This document shows, in pieces, positions 31,830 through 42,135 of a DNA stretch of 64,000 nt (within the stretch, counting starts at the first letter, position 1; each line of letters starts with the position of its first letter). The stretch is from Candidatus Thorarchaeota archaeon (lineage in GTDB: Archaea > Asgardarchaeota > Thorarchaeia > Thorarchaeales > Thorarchaeaceae). Location of the stretch: the NCBI GenBank assembly GCA_963726195.1, contig CAVSBO010000008.1, positions 64,001 to 128,000 on the forward strand. Direction: 5' to 3'. The notes under the pieces were generated by a model. That model searched no databases. It saw only the letters and a list, made by a program, of their open reading frames with translations, and was not told where the DNA came from. Position numbers and translations under genes: made by a program.

Positions 31830-33698
31830 ATGTCTCGAAACCGCGGCGTGAGGTATACAGCGGCATTTCTCCTGTTAATCTCGTTCTCTTACATAGGACT
31901 GCTTGTGTCAGGCTTCAGTACTTACACATCGTTCACTAACCCATACAGCTACATTCCAATAGGCCCCGTCTCATCCATCGAAGGGATGGGTGCTGTTCCA
32001 CTTGCCAACCGTACTGTTATCTTCGTACTTGACGGGCTGCGAGCAGACACATTCTATAGCACTCCCAAGCCTCATATTGAATCGCTTGGCAACTGGGCCA
32101 ACTACACATCTATTCACTGCTCGACTCTTCTCAGCGTAAGCAGAACTGGCTATGCTGTGATCTCCTCGGGAGTGAATTCCACCGAAAGCGGGGTTATTGA
32201 CAACGATGTGCATGGGGTCTTCCCGGGCGACTCTCTTTGGAATACGACCGTTGCTAACTCAGGAACCACTGCTGTAATAGGCAGCGACGCTTGGTACGAC
32301 ATGTTCGGACCTTGGCTTAACTACTCTCTCACTTTTACCGACACGGAGCCGGGAAGCGACTCGATTCTCATCAACGCCACCACAGGTGCCGTGCTCAGCA
32401 GGACGTCGGTGCCAACGTATTATGACAGTCTTGTCTCCTCATATGCAAGGCTCCTTTTCGAAGAGCATCAGCCTACCCTAATGGTGGTCCACTTCTGCGG
32501 AACGGACGAGGCTGGTCATGCGAATGGAACATCCAGCGCGTCTTATGTGAACGCACTGAAGAACGACGATTCCTACATAGGCGAAGTCCTTGGTGCATAC
32601 GAGACGGCCGGATTGCTGAATTCAACGCTTGTAATAGTCACTGCAGACCACGGGCAAATAGACATTCGACCAGGTCATGCGGAACATGGTGGAACGGAGG
32701 AGGTCGTCCTTCACGTTCCTCTGATAATGAGAGGACCAGGAGTGAAACTTGGGACCTATGGAGCACCAGCACATCAGAATTCTATTGCTCCGACGATAGC
32801 CGCTGCCATGGGTTGGGCCATACCCTCTGATTGCTCAGGGACAATTCTATTTGATTGCCTCAATCTCTCTTCACAGCAAGTCGCCATTCACAGAATCAAT
32901 TTGGCGGAGGTGCGTGCGGCTCAGGCCGGGAAGACAGTCAGCAAGATGGGATACCTTTCAATCTACGAACCAGAGCTCACGGACTGCGCATTGCACCTTG
33001 TGTATTCCCAAGGCAACTTCACCGCTGGGAATTGGACTGCCGCTTCGCAAGATGCCCTCTTCACACAGACAATCGCTGAGACGGTTTTGCGGGAGTCTTG
33101 GTCAGCGAAGGCTGCCGAAGAGCGCACATTAAGGCTGGAAATCGTTGTGGCGGTTGCAGTTGGTGCCATCCTTCTCGCGGCTGTTATCATACGAGGGCCC
33201 GTTGCCAGAGCAAAGAGTGCGGATTCTGAAAAGCTCCGGATGCTTCTTGTGGCTATTACAGTACTTGCATACTTCGGCTTCCTGTACATTGGGCTGTCAC
33301 TGTTTGGTTGGAAGTTCTCTGCTAGCTATTTCTTCACTAGTGTCGGGGAGTTTGTGGTTATGACCTTTGGTCCCACCTTCTTCGCAATAGTGCTCGGCAG
33401 CATTCTTCTTTTCTTGCTCCTCAAGGCAGCTGACCACGTGTACTCCGCGAAGTCTAACCTGACCACATGGGCCACCGCCTTCGTTTTCTTTGTGGCGGTC
33501 GTGTTTCTGCTGATCACGGCATATTTCATCGTTGACGCGGGTCCGGGACTATTTTGGTTTGCCCGAGATGCAGATAGGCCGATAATGTACTTCTCTATGG
33601 TTCTTTCATACTTGGCCTTCGCGCTCTTCGCATTCCTCGGTCTGCTCGGTAGCAAAATCGTCTCTCGGATATCGCAGAGAGGGTCCCACAGTGGTTAG
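31830..33698 (+). CDS. Alkaline-phosphatase-superfamily membrane protein (PIG-N/O/G-like architecture)
   Basis: LDGLRAD, SVSRTGY, DEAGH, TADHG, HGG; one N-terminal TM and multiple C-terminal TMs. Confidence 0.8.
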   Translation: MSRNRGVRYTAAFLLLISFSYIGLLVSGFSTYTSFTNPYSYIPIGPVSSIEGMGAVPLANRTVIFVLDGLRADTFYSTPKPHIESLGNWANYTSIHCSTLLSVSRTGYAVISSGVNSTESGVIDNDVHGVFPGDSLWNTTVANSGTTAVIGSDAWYDMFGPWLNYSLTFTDTEPGSDSILINATTGAVLSRTSVPTYYDSLVSSYARLLFEEHQPTLMVVHFCGTDEAGHANGTSSASYVNALKNDDSYIGEVLGAYETAGLLNSTLVIVTADHGQIDIRPGHAEHGGTEEVVLHVPLIMRGPGVKLGTYGAPAHQNSIAPTIAAAMGWAIPSDCSGTILFDCLNLSSQQVAIHRINLAEVRAAQAGKTVSKMGYLSIYEPELTDCALHLVYSQGNFTAGNWTAASQDALFTQTIAETVLRESWSAKAAEERTLRLEIVVAVAVGAILLAAVIIRGPVARAKSADSEKLRMLLVAITVLAYFGFLYIGLSLFGWKFSASYFFTSVGEFVVMTFGPTFFAIVLGSILLFLLLKAADHVYSAKSNLTTWATAFVFFVAVVFLLITAYFIVDAGPGLFWFARDADRPIMYFSMVLSYLAFALFAFLGLLGSKIVSRISQRGSHSG

Positions 33699-33701
33699 AT
33701 T

Positions 33702-33931
33702 GTCAACTACCCGCGACTAAAGTCGCAGGCTTGCCACTGCGATCCGTGGTAGGAACTCTACCTCGTCATTTCGCGCGACGTTTGGGCGGTTGACTTTCGC
33801 CCTCCCGACCACAGCATTGCCACGGTCGGACACGATCCTTCACTTTTCAAGCTCACATTTAAACTCGTATATCCCGCGGCGTCGTTTTCTCCCCCGACTG
33901 AAGTCGGGCGGTCTCCTCGCCGCGTTTCTAT
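33702..33931 (-). mobile_element. Non-autonomous IS200/IS605 mini-element (left end + promoter + omega-RNA), copy 1
   Basis: Left-end hairpin CCCGACTTCAGTCGGG; right end GCCTGCGACTTTAGTCGCGGGTAGTTGAC; preceded by TTCAT; ~90% identical to 63012-63240. Confidence 0.85.
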
Positions 33932-33955
33932 ATGAATGAGTGTCCCATCATGATG

Positions 33956-35032
33956 CTAATTGGAGACTTGCTTTCTGTCACGAGGCCATGACTTGATTCT
34001 GATATTGTGGCCACATCTACTGCATCTGCCGTGCGCATCGGTGCCAGTGTTTGTAGAGTGCAACCCGTATCTGCTGTAGCACAGGTTGCCGCATTCTGGG
34101 CAGACGGTATTCTCAAGGCCTTGCTGTGGAGCATTACCTATGTACACGTAATGTAGGCCCGATTGTCGCCCGATTTCTCTTGCCTTCAGAAGTGTTTCAA
34201 TTGGTGTCTTAGGTCTCTTGTATCGATAGGAAGGAAAGTATCGATTCACGTGCCAAGGTGTGTCGGGACCCATATCCGAGACTATGCGCGACGCGATTTG
34301 TTGGAGGCAGTCTTCACCGTCGCTGAGTCCGGGGACCACGAGCGTTGTAAGTTCTACATCAATTCCTCTCTTCATCATGTGGATGGCGCTTTCCCAGACA
34401 TATTCAACGCGAAGGCCGCAGATTCTCTGAACTCCTTCTGCACAGCCCTTAATATCAACATTCGCAGCATCAAGACCTGCATCCGCCATCAGGTCAATCG
34501 CAGCATTTGTCATGTACCCGTTTGTTACTATGGTGTTGTATAGTCCCTTCTCATGGGCTAGTCTGAATACCTCTATGTTCCACTCTAGCATCAACGTAGC
34601 CGCTTCGTTGAAAGAAATCGAAGTCCCCTCACTGCCTTCGATAAGCGCTCTATCGACAAACTCGTTCGGACTCATATAGTGGGAGATTTCGGGACTCGGG
34701 TTCCTCTTCGAGATTTCGTAGTTCTGACAGAAGAGGCAAGTAGCATTACAACCCCAGCTGCCTACGGTGAGAGCCATTGTGCTTGGAGCGAAATGAAAGA
34801 ATGGTTTCTTCTCAATCGGGTTGTTGTTGATTGAAGAGATGTTCCCGTAGCAGAGAGTCATGACTCTGCCGTTGATACCTATTCTTGTGCCGCAGAACCC
34901 CTTCTTGCCGTCTGGAAGCAAGCAGCGATGGTTGCAGGTAAGGCATCTTGTGCCATCATCATCCTTGCTCTGTAGGAGGCCATCGTGAACTACCCTAGGA
35001 TCAAACAGTCCAATTCCTGTATCACTGTTCAA
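33956..35032 (-). CDS. amrS: AmmeMemoRadiSam system radical SAM enzyme
   Basis: C..C...C.L..GKKGFCG.R, PIEKKPFFHF.P, GCNATCLFCQN, YVYIGN, CPECG. Confidence 0.88.
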   Translation of the reverse strand: MNSDTGIGLFDPRVVHDGLLQSKDDDGTRCLTCNHRCLLPDGKKGFCGTRIGINGRVMTLCYGNISSINNNPIEKKPFFHFAPSTMALTVGSWGCNATCLFCQNYEISKRNPSPEISHYMSPNEFVDRALIEGSEGTSISFNEAATLMLEWNIEVFRLAHEKGLYNTIVTNGYMTNAAIDLMADAGLDAANVDIKGCAEGVQRICGLRVEYVWESAIHMMKRGIDVELTTLVVPGLSDGEDCLQQIASRIVSDMGPDTPWHVNRYFPSYRYKRPKTPIETLLKAREIGRQSGLHYVYIGNAPQQGLENTVCPECGNLCYSRYGLHSTNTGTDAHGRCSRCGHNIRIKSWPRDRKQVSN

Positions 35033-35227
35033 GTCATCACGTACGTGTAGAGTATTGGGTCTCGCAGTTCTTCTAGATTATGGAGGACTTCAATCCACAT
35101 AATGAGACAATACCACGAGGCCTCTTTGTTGCGGAAAGACAACGACACAGAAGAGACTGTTAATGCATCCAGCTATGTCAATGTGTCCACGCTTGTCTGA
35201 CATCACGCCGCATAGTCTTAATAGAGG

Positions 35228-35995
35228 ATGACTCTTGGTCGAAGAGTGGTGCTGGCACTGAGGAAAGACCGGCTGCACTCTGCTCACATCTGGATCATCA
35301 ACCATGATCAGAGCAGAGCTTTCAACGTGCTCTACATCAGTCTTGCGGTAATCCTCAGTGTTTTCGTGAGCCTATTCTGGCTCGTATTAATTGTTGGTAT
35401 TCATTTCGTACTTGAGGTCATACGCCAGCATTACCATTGTCCAGGATGTACGAAAAAGGTACTTGGAAGGTCCTTCTGGCAATTGAAGCTTGACTTCTCG
35501 TTTGTTGCTTTCTCTTTCGCTGCAGATGCCTACATGGGAATTCTGCTTGGCATGGCCGGGCTCGGCAATATCTCTCGTCTGCGCGGAATCGAACAGACTG
35601 AAATCAGCAGTGGAGCCCGACTCGGAGGGTACGAGAGGGCAGTGCGGGGTGTCGTGCTCTCTTCTGATGACATCGCTCGAACCACATCGACCGCCATTAG
35701 ACATAGGGACAGCATCAGAGATGATGAGCGCAATGGTGCATCGGAAGACGACCGGGCTAAGGAAGATTACGCTCCTACTCCAGCAATGCCTGAGTCAGGC
35801 CAGCCGCTAGTTCGACCGGGGCTGGCCTCCACGGATGCAGACCTGCAGGTGAGGTGGGCTCGCAAGGATTATGGTACTGTCGCCTTTGGAATCACGTGCG
35901 TTGTGCTTCTGTTTCTGACACCATGGCTGATAGGGATGACCTATGGCGAGCTGCTTCAAATAATCATTCAGGACCTTCGGCCATTCCCGACATAG
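35228..35995 (+). CDS. Hypothetical membrane protein
   Basis: WIINHD...FNVLYISLAVILSVFVSLFWL; several TMs. Confidence 0.65.
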   Translation: MTLGRRVVLALRKDRLHSAHIWIINHDQSRAFNVLYISLAVILSVFVSLFWLVLIVGIHFVLEVIRQHYHCPGCTKKVLGRSFWQLKLDFSFVAFSFAADAYMGILLGMAGLGNISRLRGIEQTEISSGARLGGYERAVRGVVLSSDDIARTTSTAIRHRDSIRDDERNGASEDDRAKEDYAPTPAMPESGQPLVRPGLASTDADLQVRWARKDYGTVAFGITCVVLLFLTPWLIGMTYGELLQIIIQDLRPFPT

Positions 35996-36068
35996 TTGGA
36001 AAGGTCTTGTGGCAGCACCCTATACTGGTGCAATCGACAGCACAAGCGACGACTCCCTTCCTCACAAT

Positions 36069-37025
36069 CTACGTGACGAACGACTCGTCAATGCTGACCA
36101 TGACCTGTTCGGTGTTCATGCTCGCCGTCAGCCACATTGGAAACGGGACGTTGGGCGTGTAGTGGCCGAAATCTATCCCGGCGATTACGGGGAAGTCGAA
36201 CTCATCAGCTATTTCTAATGCGGCTGGTTTGACATCGTCTGTCATATCTCTCAGGGCACCTCCTTCCTCTCCTCTTATCTTGCCTATGAGCATCCCACGA
36301 GCCCTATCGAAAAGACCTGCTTCCCTGAAGTGAGACAGCTTCTGGTCGATGTGACTGAGAGGCTGAGTCATTGCCTCCCAGAAGAAGATGGTGTCTTCTT
36401 TCAACTGGGGAATGTAGCGTGTTCCGATCGAGCACTGGATACTATTCATGTTTCCACCAAACAACCTTCCCTTGGCGAATCCGTCTCGCCACACTTCCCA
36501 TTTGGTAAGGGCCGGTAGTGTCCCTATTGGTTCGGCATTCATGGTGACCTTGAAGAACAAGTCACGTTCAAACTTCGCTTCTTCACTATTGATGTCCGCT
36601 CCAAATCCAAAGGTCACATCAGTTTGATGGAGTCCACTGAGACCTGCCCGCGCCAAGAACGCTAAGTGATACGTTGTTATGTCACTCATTCCAGAGAATA
36701 CCTTTGGATTTGCTCTTATCAGATTGAAGTCTAGGTAGCGCAGGGTGCGAATTGCCACCTGTCCTCCGAAAGCACAGACAATCGCCTTCACCTCTCTATC
36801 TGCAAATGCGGCATTGATATCTTCCGCTCTTTGCTCGTCCGTCCCTGCCATGTACTCTCTGTAACTGAGTCTTACAGTCTTGCCCTCTTTCACCCTGAAG
36901 CCGAGTTGTCTCAGATTCTTGATTCCCTGATCATATTTCTCTTGAAACATCATGACAGGATGAGACGGCGCAATCACTCCAATCGTGTCGCCTTCGACAA
37001 GTCTTCTTGGCTTCACTAGCTTCAC
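36069..37025 (-). CDS. LD-carboxypeptidase / MccF (S66) family
   Basis: GDTIGVIAPS, GMSDIT, GRLFGGN, FFWE, DFGH. Confidence 0.9.
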   Translation of the reverse strand: MKLVKPRRLVEGDTIGVIAPSHPVMMFQEKYDQGIKNLRQLGFRVKEGKTVRLSYREYMAGTDEQRAEDINAAFADREVKAIVCAFGGQVAIRTLRYLDFNLIRANPKVFSGMSDITTYHLAFLARAGLSGLHQTDVTFGFGADINSEEAKFERDLFFKVTMNAEPIGTLPALTKWEVWRDGFAKGRLFGGNMNSIQCSIGTRYIPQLKEDTIFFWEAMTQPLSHIDQKLSHFREAGLFDRARGMLIGKIRGEEGGALRDMTDDVKPAALEIADEFDFPVIAGIDFGHYTPNVPFPMWLTASMNTEQVMVSIDESFVT

Positions 37026-37170
37026 ACAAATCGCACTCCCGAGTCTGCGTTCCTCTCTGGGCGCGCATCTGTACTAAATCCTTTGTTGAACGCCAGATCG
37101 TCAAGATTACGCACGCTATCACTGGATTCCTTGTATGTCGGTGTGCGAAAGAATAACCATTGCCTTCGCT

Positions 37171-37872
37171 TCATCCTATTTCAAAGGCGAAGGACCTCTT
37201 GGGTCTCACAACTACTCCAAACCCCGCTAGATAAGCTGGCCTGTCGTTGGCGCTAGCATAAGTCGTTTGCATGAATCTCCTTGCGGCGACCAGAAACAGG
37301 TCATGGGTTACATGTAGGTGCATCGAGCCATCTGGAGCCGACCTGAGTTTCCGAATCATCTCCCCAACCACTCTCGTCTGGAACTTGCCGTAGGACTCCA
37401 TCTGTTGTTCTGTGAACATACCGTTTTGCCAGTCTTCGACGAACTCTAGAACGCGGATTCCATCCCTTCCAATCTTCTGCCACACCTGCGGATCAATCAC
37501 ACGCGGCCCCACGAGAAGGTCCGAGGCTTCAATCAAATCCACATGTCCGCCTGCGTCATGAATGCCTTCTGCAATGTCCTCGGCCGTCTCCGTGCATCGC
37601 GGCACGTAGCTATGGAATATCCTTGTGTTCTTTCGTAAGGGGAGTCTCCCACCGAATTCCCTTGCCATTCGATGTCCTAGTCCAGTCAGTCCTCTGCCAA
37701 TCATATCATCATAGCTTGCAATTGTCTCTCTGTGAGAGTGTCTGACGACCAGCATGAACGAGGTGTCACTTGCGACCGAGTGCGACCAACGAATCAGCTC
37801 TTTTGCCTCACCAAGCCAATCCTGACTGTTCCACTCTTGTTCGAAGTTGGTTGTGGACTCTTCTGCGCTCAT
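37171..37872 (-). CDS. Histidine phosphatase superfamily protein
   Basis: VRHS, LTGLG, S..PRC.ETA, VTHD. Confidence 0.8.
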   Translation of the reverse strand: MSAEESTTNFEQEWNSQDWLGEAKELIRWSHSVASDTSFMLVVRHSHRETIASYDDMIGRGLTGLGHRMAREFGGRLPLRKNTRIFHSYVPRCTETAEDIAEGIHDAGGHVDLIEASDLLVGPRVIDPQVWQKIGRDGIRVLEFVEDWQNGMFTEQQMESYGKFQTRVVGEMIRKLRSAPDGSMHLHVTHDLFLVAARRFMQTTYASANDRPAYLAGFGVVVRPKRSFAFEIG

Positions 37873-37906
37873 AGTTGGTTTGAGAACTGTTGTAACGACA
37901 TGCTAA

Positions 37907-40096
37907 TTATGCTTCTGCCTCGGACTGCAAAGACGTTCCACTGACCTGATTCTTCCTTATTGTTCCTCCTCGGCGGACATACAGGACTAGAGAGAATATC
38001 AGAACTATGACTGCCAAGTATGCTATAAACTGATAAAACGGCAGAATTGTCAACTGGAAAGGCTCTCCTTCCAAGGCACCTACGAGCATGTTCAGGACAT
38101 CGCCCACTGCAAGTACCGATATGAAAAGCCCGACGAGCTCCATTGCTCTGGCGCTTCTGGCTTCCTGTTCGGCTTCCAGCTTCTCTTGTTCCTTGGCCCT
38201 GCGTTCTACCACCCCCGCTGCGATATCTGAGAAGAGGGTCTCATGATGGGAAAGAATTCCAAGTCTGCGCTCGAGAAACTCAACCATGGGGTTCACATTC
38301 AGAGCATCCATCATCGCTCTCAGGAGCTCTGCGTGGTCGCGGAAATGCGAGGTAAGTGTTCCGCGAATTAGTTCGATGGTCATATGTGCCATCGTGTCAA
38401 AGTGAATTACTGGTAACAGCTCTTTTCGGCCATCTGAGATTCTTTTTTCAGCTACGTCGAGTTCAAGCTTATCAAGCTCATCGGCGAGGTCCTTTGTCTT
38501 CTCTACAAAGGAATTCAAGAGATCTCCGGCAATCTCTATCAGCGTAGAAATCAGACATCGCAAGCGAACAACGGTTTCGACCGTTTCCTGATATTGAACA
38601 ACAATCCAGTGCGGATCGTCCGGAAATGAGAGCACTCCATGGTTCTCTGTGGTTACAAGGAGATCGGTCGTGTGCGAGCGTATGGGGGCGAGATTGCGGG
38701 ACCGAACTGGTTCCCGAGTAATCCAATCATCAAGTGCCGCACGAGCTTCCATTTGTCCTATGAGCAGACCTCTGAAGTCCGGATGTTGAGCCGCCTCTTC
38801 GAGCGTGACTGCTGCTTCCTCGTTGGCATTTCTGAGCGAGATGCCGTGTCGAATCAATGCATATGCGTACCAATTGAGATGTGGAACGAATCTAATGGCA
38901 GCATCGGACTCAATTCTGGTGAAGGACTTCCGCAGTGCGTCGACTACTTCATCGGCGACTTCGGAGAGATACCTGTAGGTCTTGTCCTGCCATTTGATTG
39001 AATACTCTGCAGAGGGGGGACCGTTGAAAGTGAGGTACGTGCGCAAATCAGAGATTGTCATCTCCTCCTCCTCTGCCTTCAGATAGATGGTGCCAATCGC
39101 ATACCTGTACAATCTAACAGAAAGCGTCATCGACACATCCTTGCCTCTGAAGTTCAGCGTGACAGGTTGCAGCGAAATGACCAGATTCGTCATCCTGCTT
39201 GCTCCCAAAACTGTCTCGAACAGGTCACTGAGAGAATCCTCATCAACAGTCTCAATCTTTACACCGGCAGAATTCATCTGCTCCACAAAGCTAGTGCTGT
39301 CTTCCAAGAGTTTGTCCAAGATTCTGTTCAGGCACCTCTCCTCAACCCAGAAGCTAAGCATCCAATTGAGTTCATTGCTCTTCAGAACCAAGTATTCGGG
39401 GTGCTTTGCTGCCATGCTACTGTGACGCTGCAGAAAAGCGTAGTAGCTGGACAGTTCTGTGAAAGAGTCTTCGTCACCGCTTTCTTCGAGGAACTTCAGA
39501 CTTGAGATGATGGTTTTTTCTGCTTCTGCGTAGACCTTCTTGAACTGAGGGGTCCTTATTGCAGACATTGCTCTGGCATAGGCAGCCACTCCTTCTCCAT
39601 AGTATTTCCAGACCATCAGCTGCGAGCGAAGCCAGCCGACGAAATCGCCTTCTCGCTCCTCGAGGCCACCCAGGTATTCAAGCCCGCTTGCAGCCAAGTT
39701 TCCAAGTCTATTGGCGAACTCAAACATGGACTTCGGGTCCGTTGAGATGAGGGCATTCTCAAGATCAATTGCAGAACTTACGATTCCGTTTAGGGTTTTC
39801 AGCGAACGCAATCCCTTCTGCTCAAGCTTGGGACATGATTCTATGCTTTGATCAATGACTTCATCCGCTTTACGGAGGAGGTCCCTGGCCATTGCATAAT
39901 CGTATGAGGATTCCCACCTAGAATACCCCTCCATGTGCAGCATCAATACCTGAAGGACTATCGACAGTGTCCTGTCCTTGGAATCGGATAACTCTTTCTT
40001 GGCCATGATGGACGCGTCTTCATACTCGCATTCATCATAGAGGTCGAGTATTGGTTTGAGAATGGGCAGGAAGTCACGGAACGGCATAAGGTTCAC
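37907..40096 (-). CDS. Large hypothetical protein: helical N-terminus + CorA-like C-terminal region with 2 TMs
   Basis: VRLYRYAIGTI beta motif, long coiled coil, two terminal TM helices. Confidence 0.55.
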   Translation of the reverse strand: MNLMPFRDFLPILKPILDLYDECEYEDASIMAKKELSDSKDRTLSIVLQVLMLHMEGYSRWESSYDYAMARDLLRKADEVIDQSIESCPKLEQKGLRSLKTLNGIVSSAIDLENALISTDPKSMFEFANRLGNLAASGLEYLGGLEEREGDFVGWLRSQLMVWKYYGEGVAAYARAMSAIRTPQFKKVYAEAEKTIISSLKFLEESGDEDSFTELSSYYAFLQRHSSMAAKHPEYLVLKSNELNWMLSFWVEERCLNRILDKLLEDSTSFVEQMNSAGVKIETVDEDSLSDLFETVLGASRMTNLVISLQPVTLNFRGKDVSMTLSVRLYRYAIGTIYLKAEEEEMTISDLRTYLTFNGPPSAEYSIKWQDKTYRYLSEVADEVVDALRKSFTRIESDAAIRFVPHLNWYAYALIRHGISLRNANEEAAVTLEEAAQHPDFRGLLIGQMEARAALDDWITREPVRSRNLAPIRSHTTDLLVTTENHGVLSFPDDPHWIVVQYQETVETVVRLRCLISTLIEIAGDLLNSFVEKTKDLADELDKLELDVAEKRISDGRKELLPVIHFDTMAHMTIELIRGTLTSHFRDHAELLRAMMDALNVNPMVEFLERRLGILSHHETLFSDIAAGVVERRAKEQEKLEAEQEARSARAMELVGLFISVLAVGDVLNMLVGALEGEPFQLTILPFYQFIAYLAVIVLIFSLVLYVRRGGTIRKNQVSGTSLQSEAEA

Positions 40097-40962
40097 CTCG
40101 TCTTCCCGCCAATGGGCTTCCTCATGAGGTATTCAGAGTCGACCCGCTTGAGGCCTCTTCCGTATGCATATTCCATGAGATCCTGGTGGCTATCTTGTAA
40201 CCAAACATCGACTTGTCTTGTTTTCACGAGGGTCACTGCTGTGTCCAGCACGGCCTTGCCGAACCCCGGCTTAATCCAGAGCGCAAGCTCTGTCGAACTG
40301 CTCTCTTTCTTTACTTCGGGCAAGCTCACAGTGCCCACTATCTTCTGGTCTTCGCGTGTCATCAAAACATGGCAGTTCCCCTCCGAGATACGTCTCTTCC
40401 AGCTGTTCACGTCGCTGGCATCCCAGTAGGCATCAGGAACAAGGCGTGACAGTTTCACAGCATCTCTGGTCTCAGCGTCACGAACTGCGAGTTGTTGGGC
40501 AGGATTAGTTTGCCAGGTGCTGGTTCTCAAACGAACTACTAAGAAACGCATATCGTATCCCAGTTTCTCATAGAGGGAGATGGCTCGAGAGTTATGAGTC
40601 TTCACGCCGATAGCAAGATCGGTAATCTCTGTCCCGCTCTTTGACAATAGTTGTTCCGACTCGGCGATGAGCTTGGTGCCTATGCCCTTGTCACGCTGCT
40701 CGGGGACCACGGCCAGTTCCCAGACCATGCCCCATTTCAGAGACTCAATGACGGAATTGATCACAACTCCCACAATCTCATTGTCTAGAACGGCCACTCG
40801 CCATAGTTTTCCGAGATTGCCGTTCTCCCGGTTTGTGTCCCACGACTTCGAGAACCGTTCATAGGTTGTCTCGTCAACATTCGGTAGACCCGTGTTGTAG
40901 ACGTCATAGAATCGCTTCTTTTCTTCAGGCAATGGAGTTCGAATACTCAATTTCACGGACAA
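40093..40962 (-). CDS. GNAT acetyltransferase (tandem domains)
   Basis: LAVVPEQRDKGIGTKL; NSRAISLYEKLGY. Confidence 0.88.
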   Translation of the reverse strand: MSVKLSIRTPLPEEKKRFYDVYNTGLPNVDETTYERFSKSWDTNRENGNLGKLWRVAVLDNEIVGVVINSVIESLKWGMVWELAVVPEQRDKGIGTKLIAESEQLLSKSGTEITDLAIGVKTHNSRAISLYEKLGYDMRFLVVRLRTSTWQTNPAQQLAVRDAETRDAVKLSRLVPDAYWDASDVNSWKRRISEGNCHVLMTREDQKIVGTVSLPEVKKESSSTELALWIKPGFGKAVLDTAVTLVKTRQVDVWLQDSHQDLMEYAYGRGLKRVDSEYLMRKPIGGKTR

Positions 40963-41111
40963 CTCAGCATTCCTCGTGGATTGGCTTACCCAGCCACCTT
41001 ATCGTCGCACTTGAGAATCGGTAACTGTTGTTCTACAAAAAAAGAGGATTGTATCTGTCTATTTCGGTTTTGCTCCTAATCGGAATCACCGTGCAGTTCA
41101 TTTTGCATTCG

Positions 41112-41855
41112 CTACGGAAAGACCTCCAATAGGTCAATAATGTTCCTTACAACTGTGACATCTGGTGGAGCATGCTCGCCATCCTTTGGATTATAGGATG
41201 TCAGCAGAAACGGTGTCATCCCTGCTCTCCTTGCTCCTTCAATGTCGATACTGACGAAGTCTCCAATACAGGCACATCTGATGGGATTGACACCCAAGCG
41301 AGTCGCGGCTTGTATCAACATGAAAGGTGAGGGCTTCGCATAGCCGGGCACTCGTGAGTACTCCACTGCTTCGAAGAGATTGAGTATTGAATCCCTCTCG
41401 AGGAGGGGTGTTGGGTCCCCCCAGCGGTTTGTCACTAGCCCGAGCTTGTAACCCCTTGAGTGCAGCTCCTTTACGACCGACTTCGACCCGTCGGGCAAGC
41501 GGGACCGCATGTCTACACCGTAGCCTTCCCACTTAGAAATCATGTCTGCGGCTAGAACGTCAAGCCTCTCCTTGATTCCGAGCGAAGTGAGCAGCCTGTG
41601 TCCGTATTCAACCCACAAATCATGTGATGGTCTCCAGTGTTGGTCGGCATCAAAAGCTAGCATATGCTCGTTCAACCAACGGTCTGGGCCCCGTGTGAAT
41701 GCACCCTGAAGCCTTTCGTCTGAAAACCTACTTTGCTTTTCGAGACCTATTTCCTTGAGAAGCCTGCGAGCAATATCAAGCATCCTTGCGTCTGACGTAT
41801 ACAGAGTGTCATCAAGATCGAATATGAGAGCGATTTTCTTAATTGGAGACAGCAA
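41112..41855 (-). CDS. HAD-family hydrolase
   Basis: FDLDDTL, LVTN, KPSP, IGD...DIEGA. Confidence 0.9.
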   Translation of the reverse strand: MLSPIKKIALIFDLDDTLYTSDARMLDIARRLLKEIGLEKQSRFSDERLQGAFTRGPDRWLNEHMLAFDADQHWRPSHDLWVEYGHRLLTSLGIKERLDVLAADMISKWEGYGVDMRSRLPDGSKSVVKELHSRGYKLGLVTNRWGDPTPLLERDSILNLFEAVEYSRVPGYAKPSPFMLIQAATRLGVNPIRCACIGDFVSIDIEGARRAGMTPFLLTSYNPKDGEHAPPDVTVVRNIIDLLEVFP

Positions 41856-42135
41856 AGAAGTGTCCTCGAGTCACGACTGTAATGATGATTGACTGAATGT
41901 CACCTTCTATCTATGGTTTGCGGCGATTGTGCATTAACTGTCTGAGTCTCGAGTTTGACTGACTACCACGGCGTGACCATGAACGAGCCTGTGGCTAGGC
42001 TGTCAGGCGGCGACTTTCGTTCGGACGGCTCCAAAATGACAGGTGTATCGCAATCACGGTGAGTGCGAAGAATGCTCTCGCCACGTTGGAGAATGATGAT
42101 GTCGAAATGCCTCCCTGCCGGATCAAGAGGTCCGC

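Noticed and set aside
33702-33931. IscB/HEARO RNA read on the + strand (starts GTCAACTACCC)
   Set aside because: G-U pairing, TATA position, the TnpB-tail-like peptide and the shared TTCAT all favour the opposite, TnpB-type orientation; no iscB is nearby
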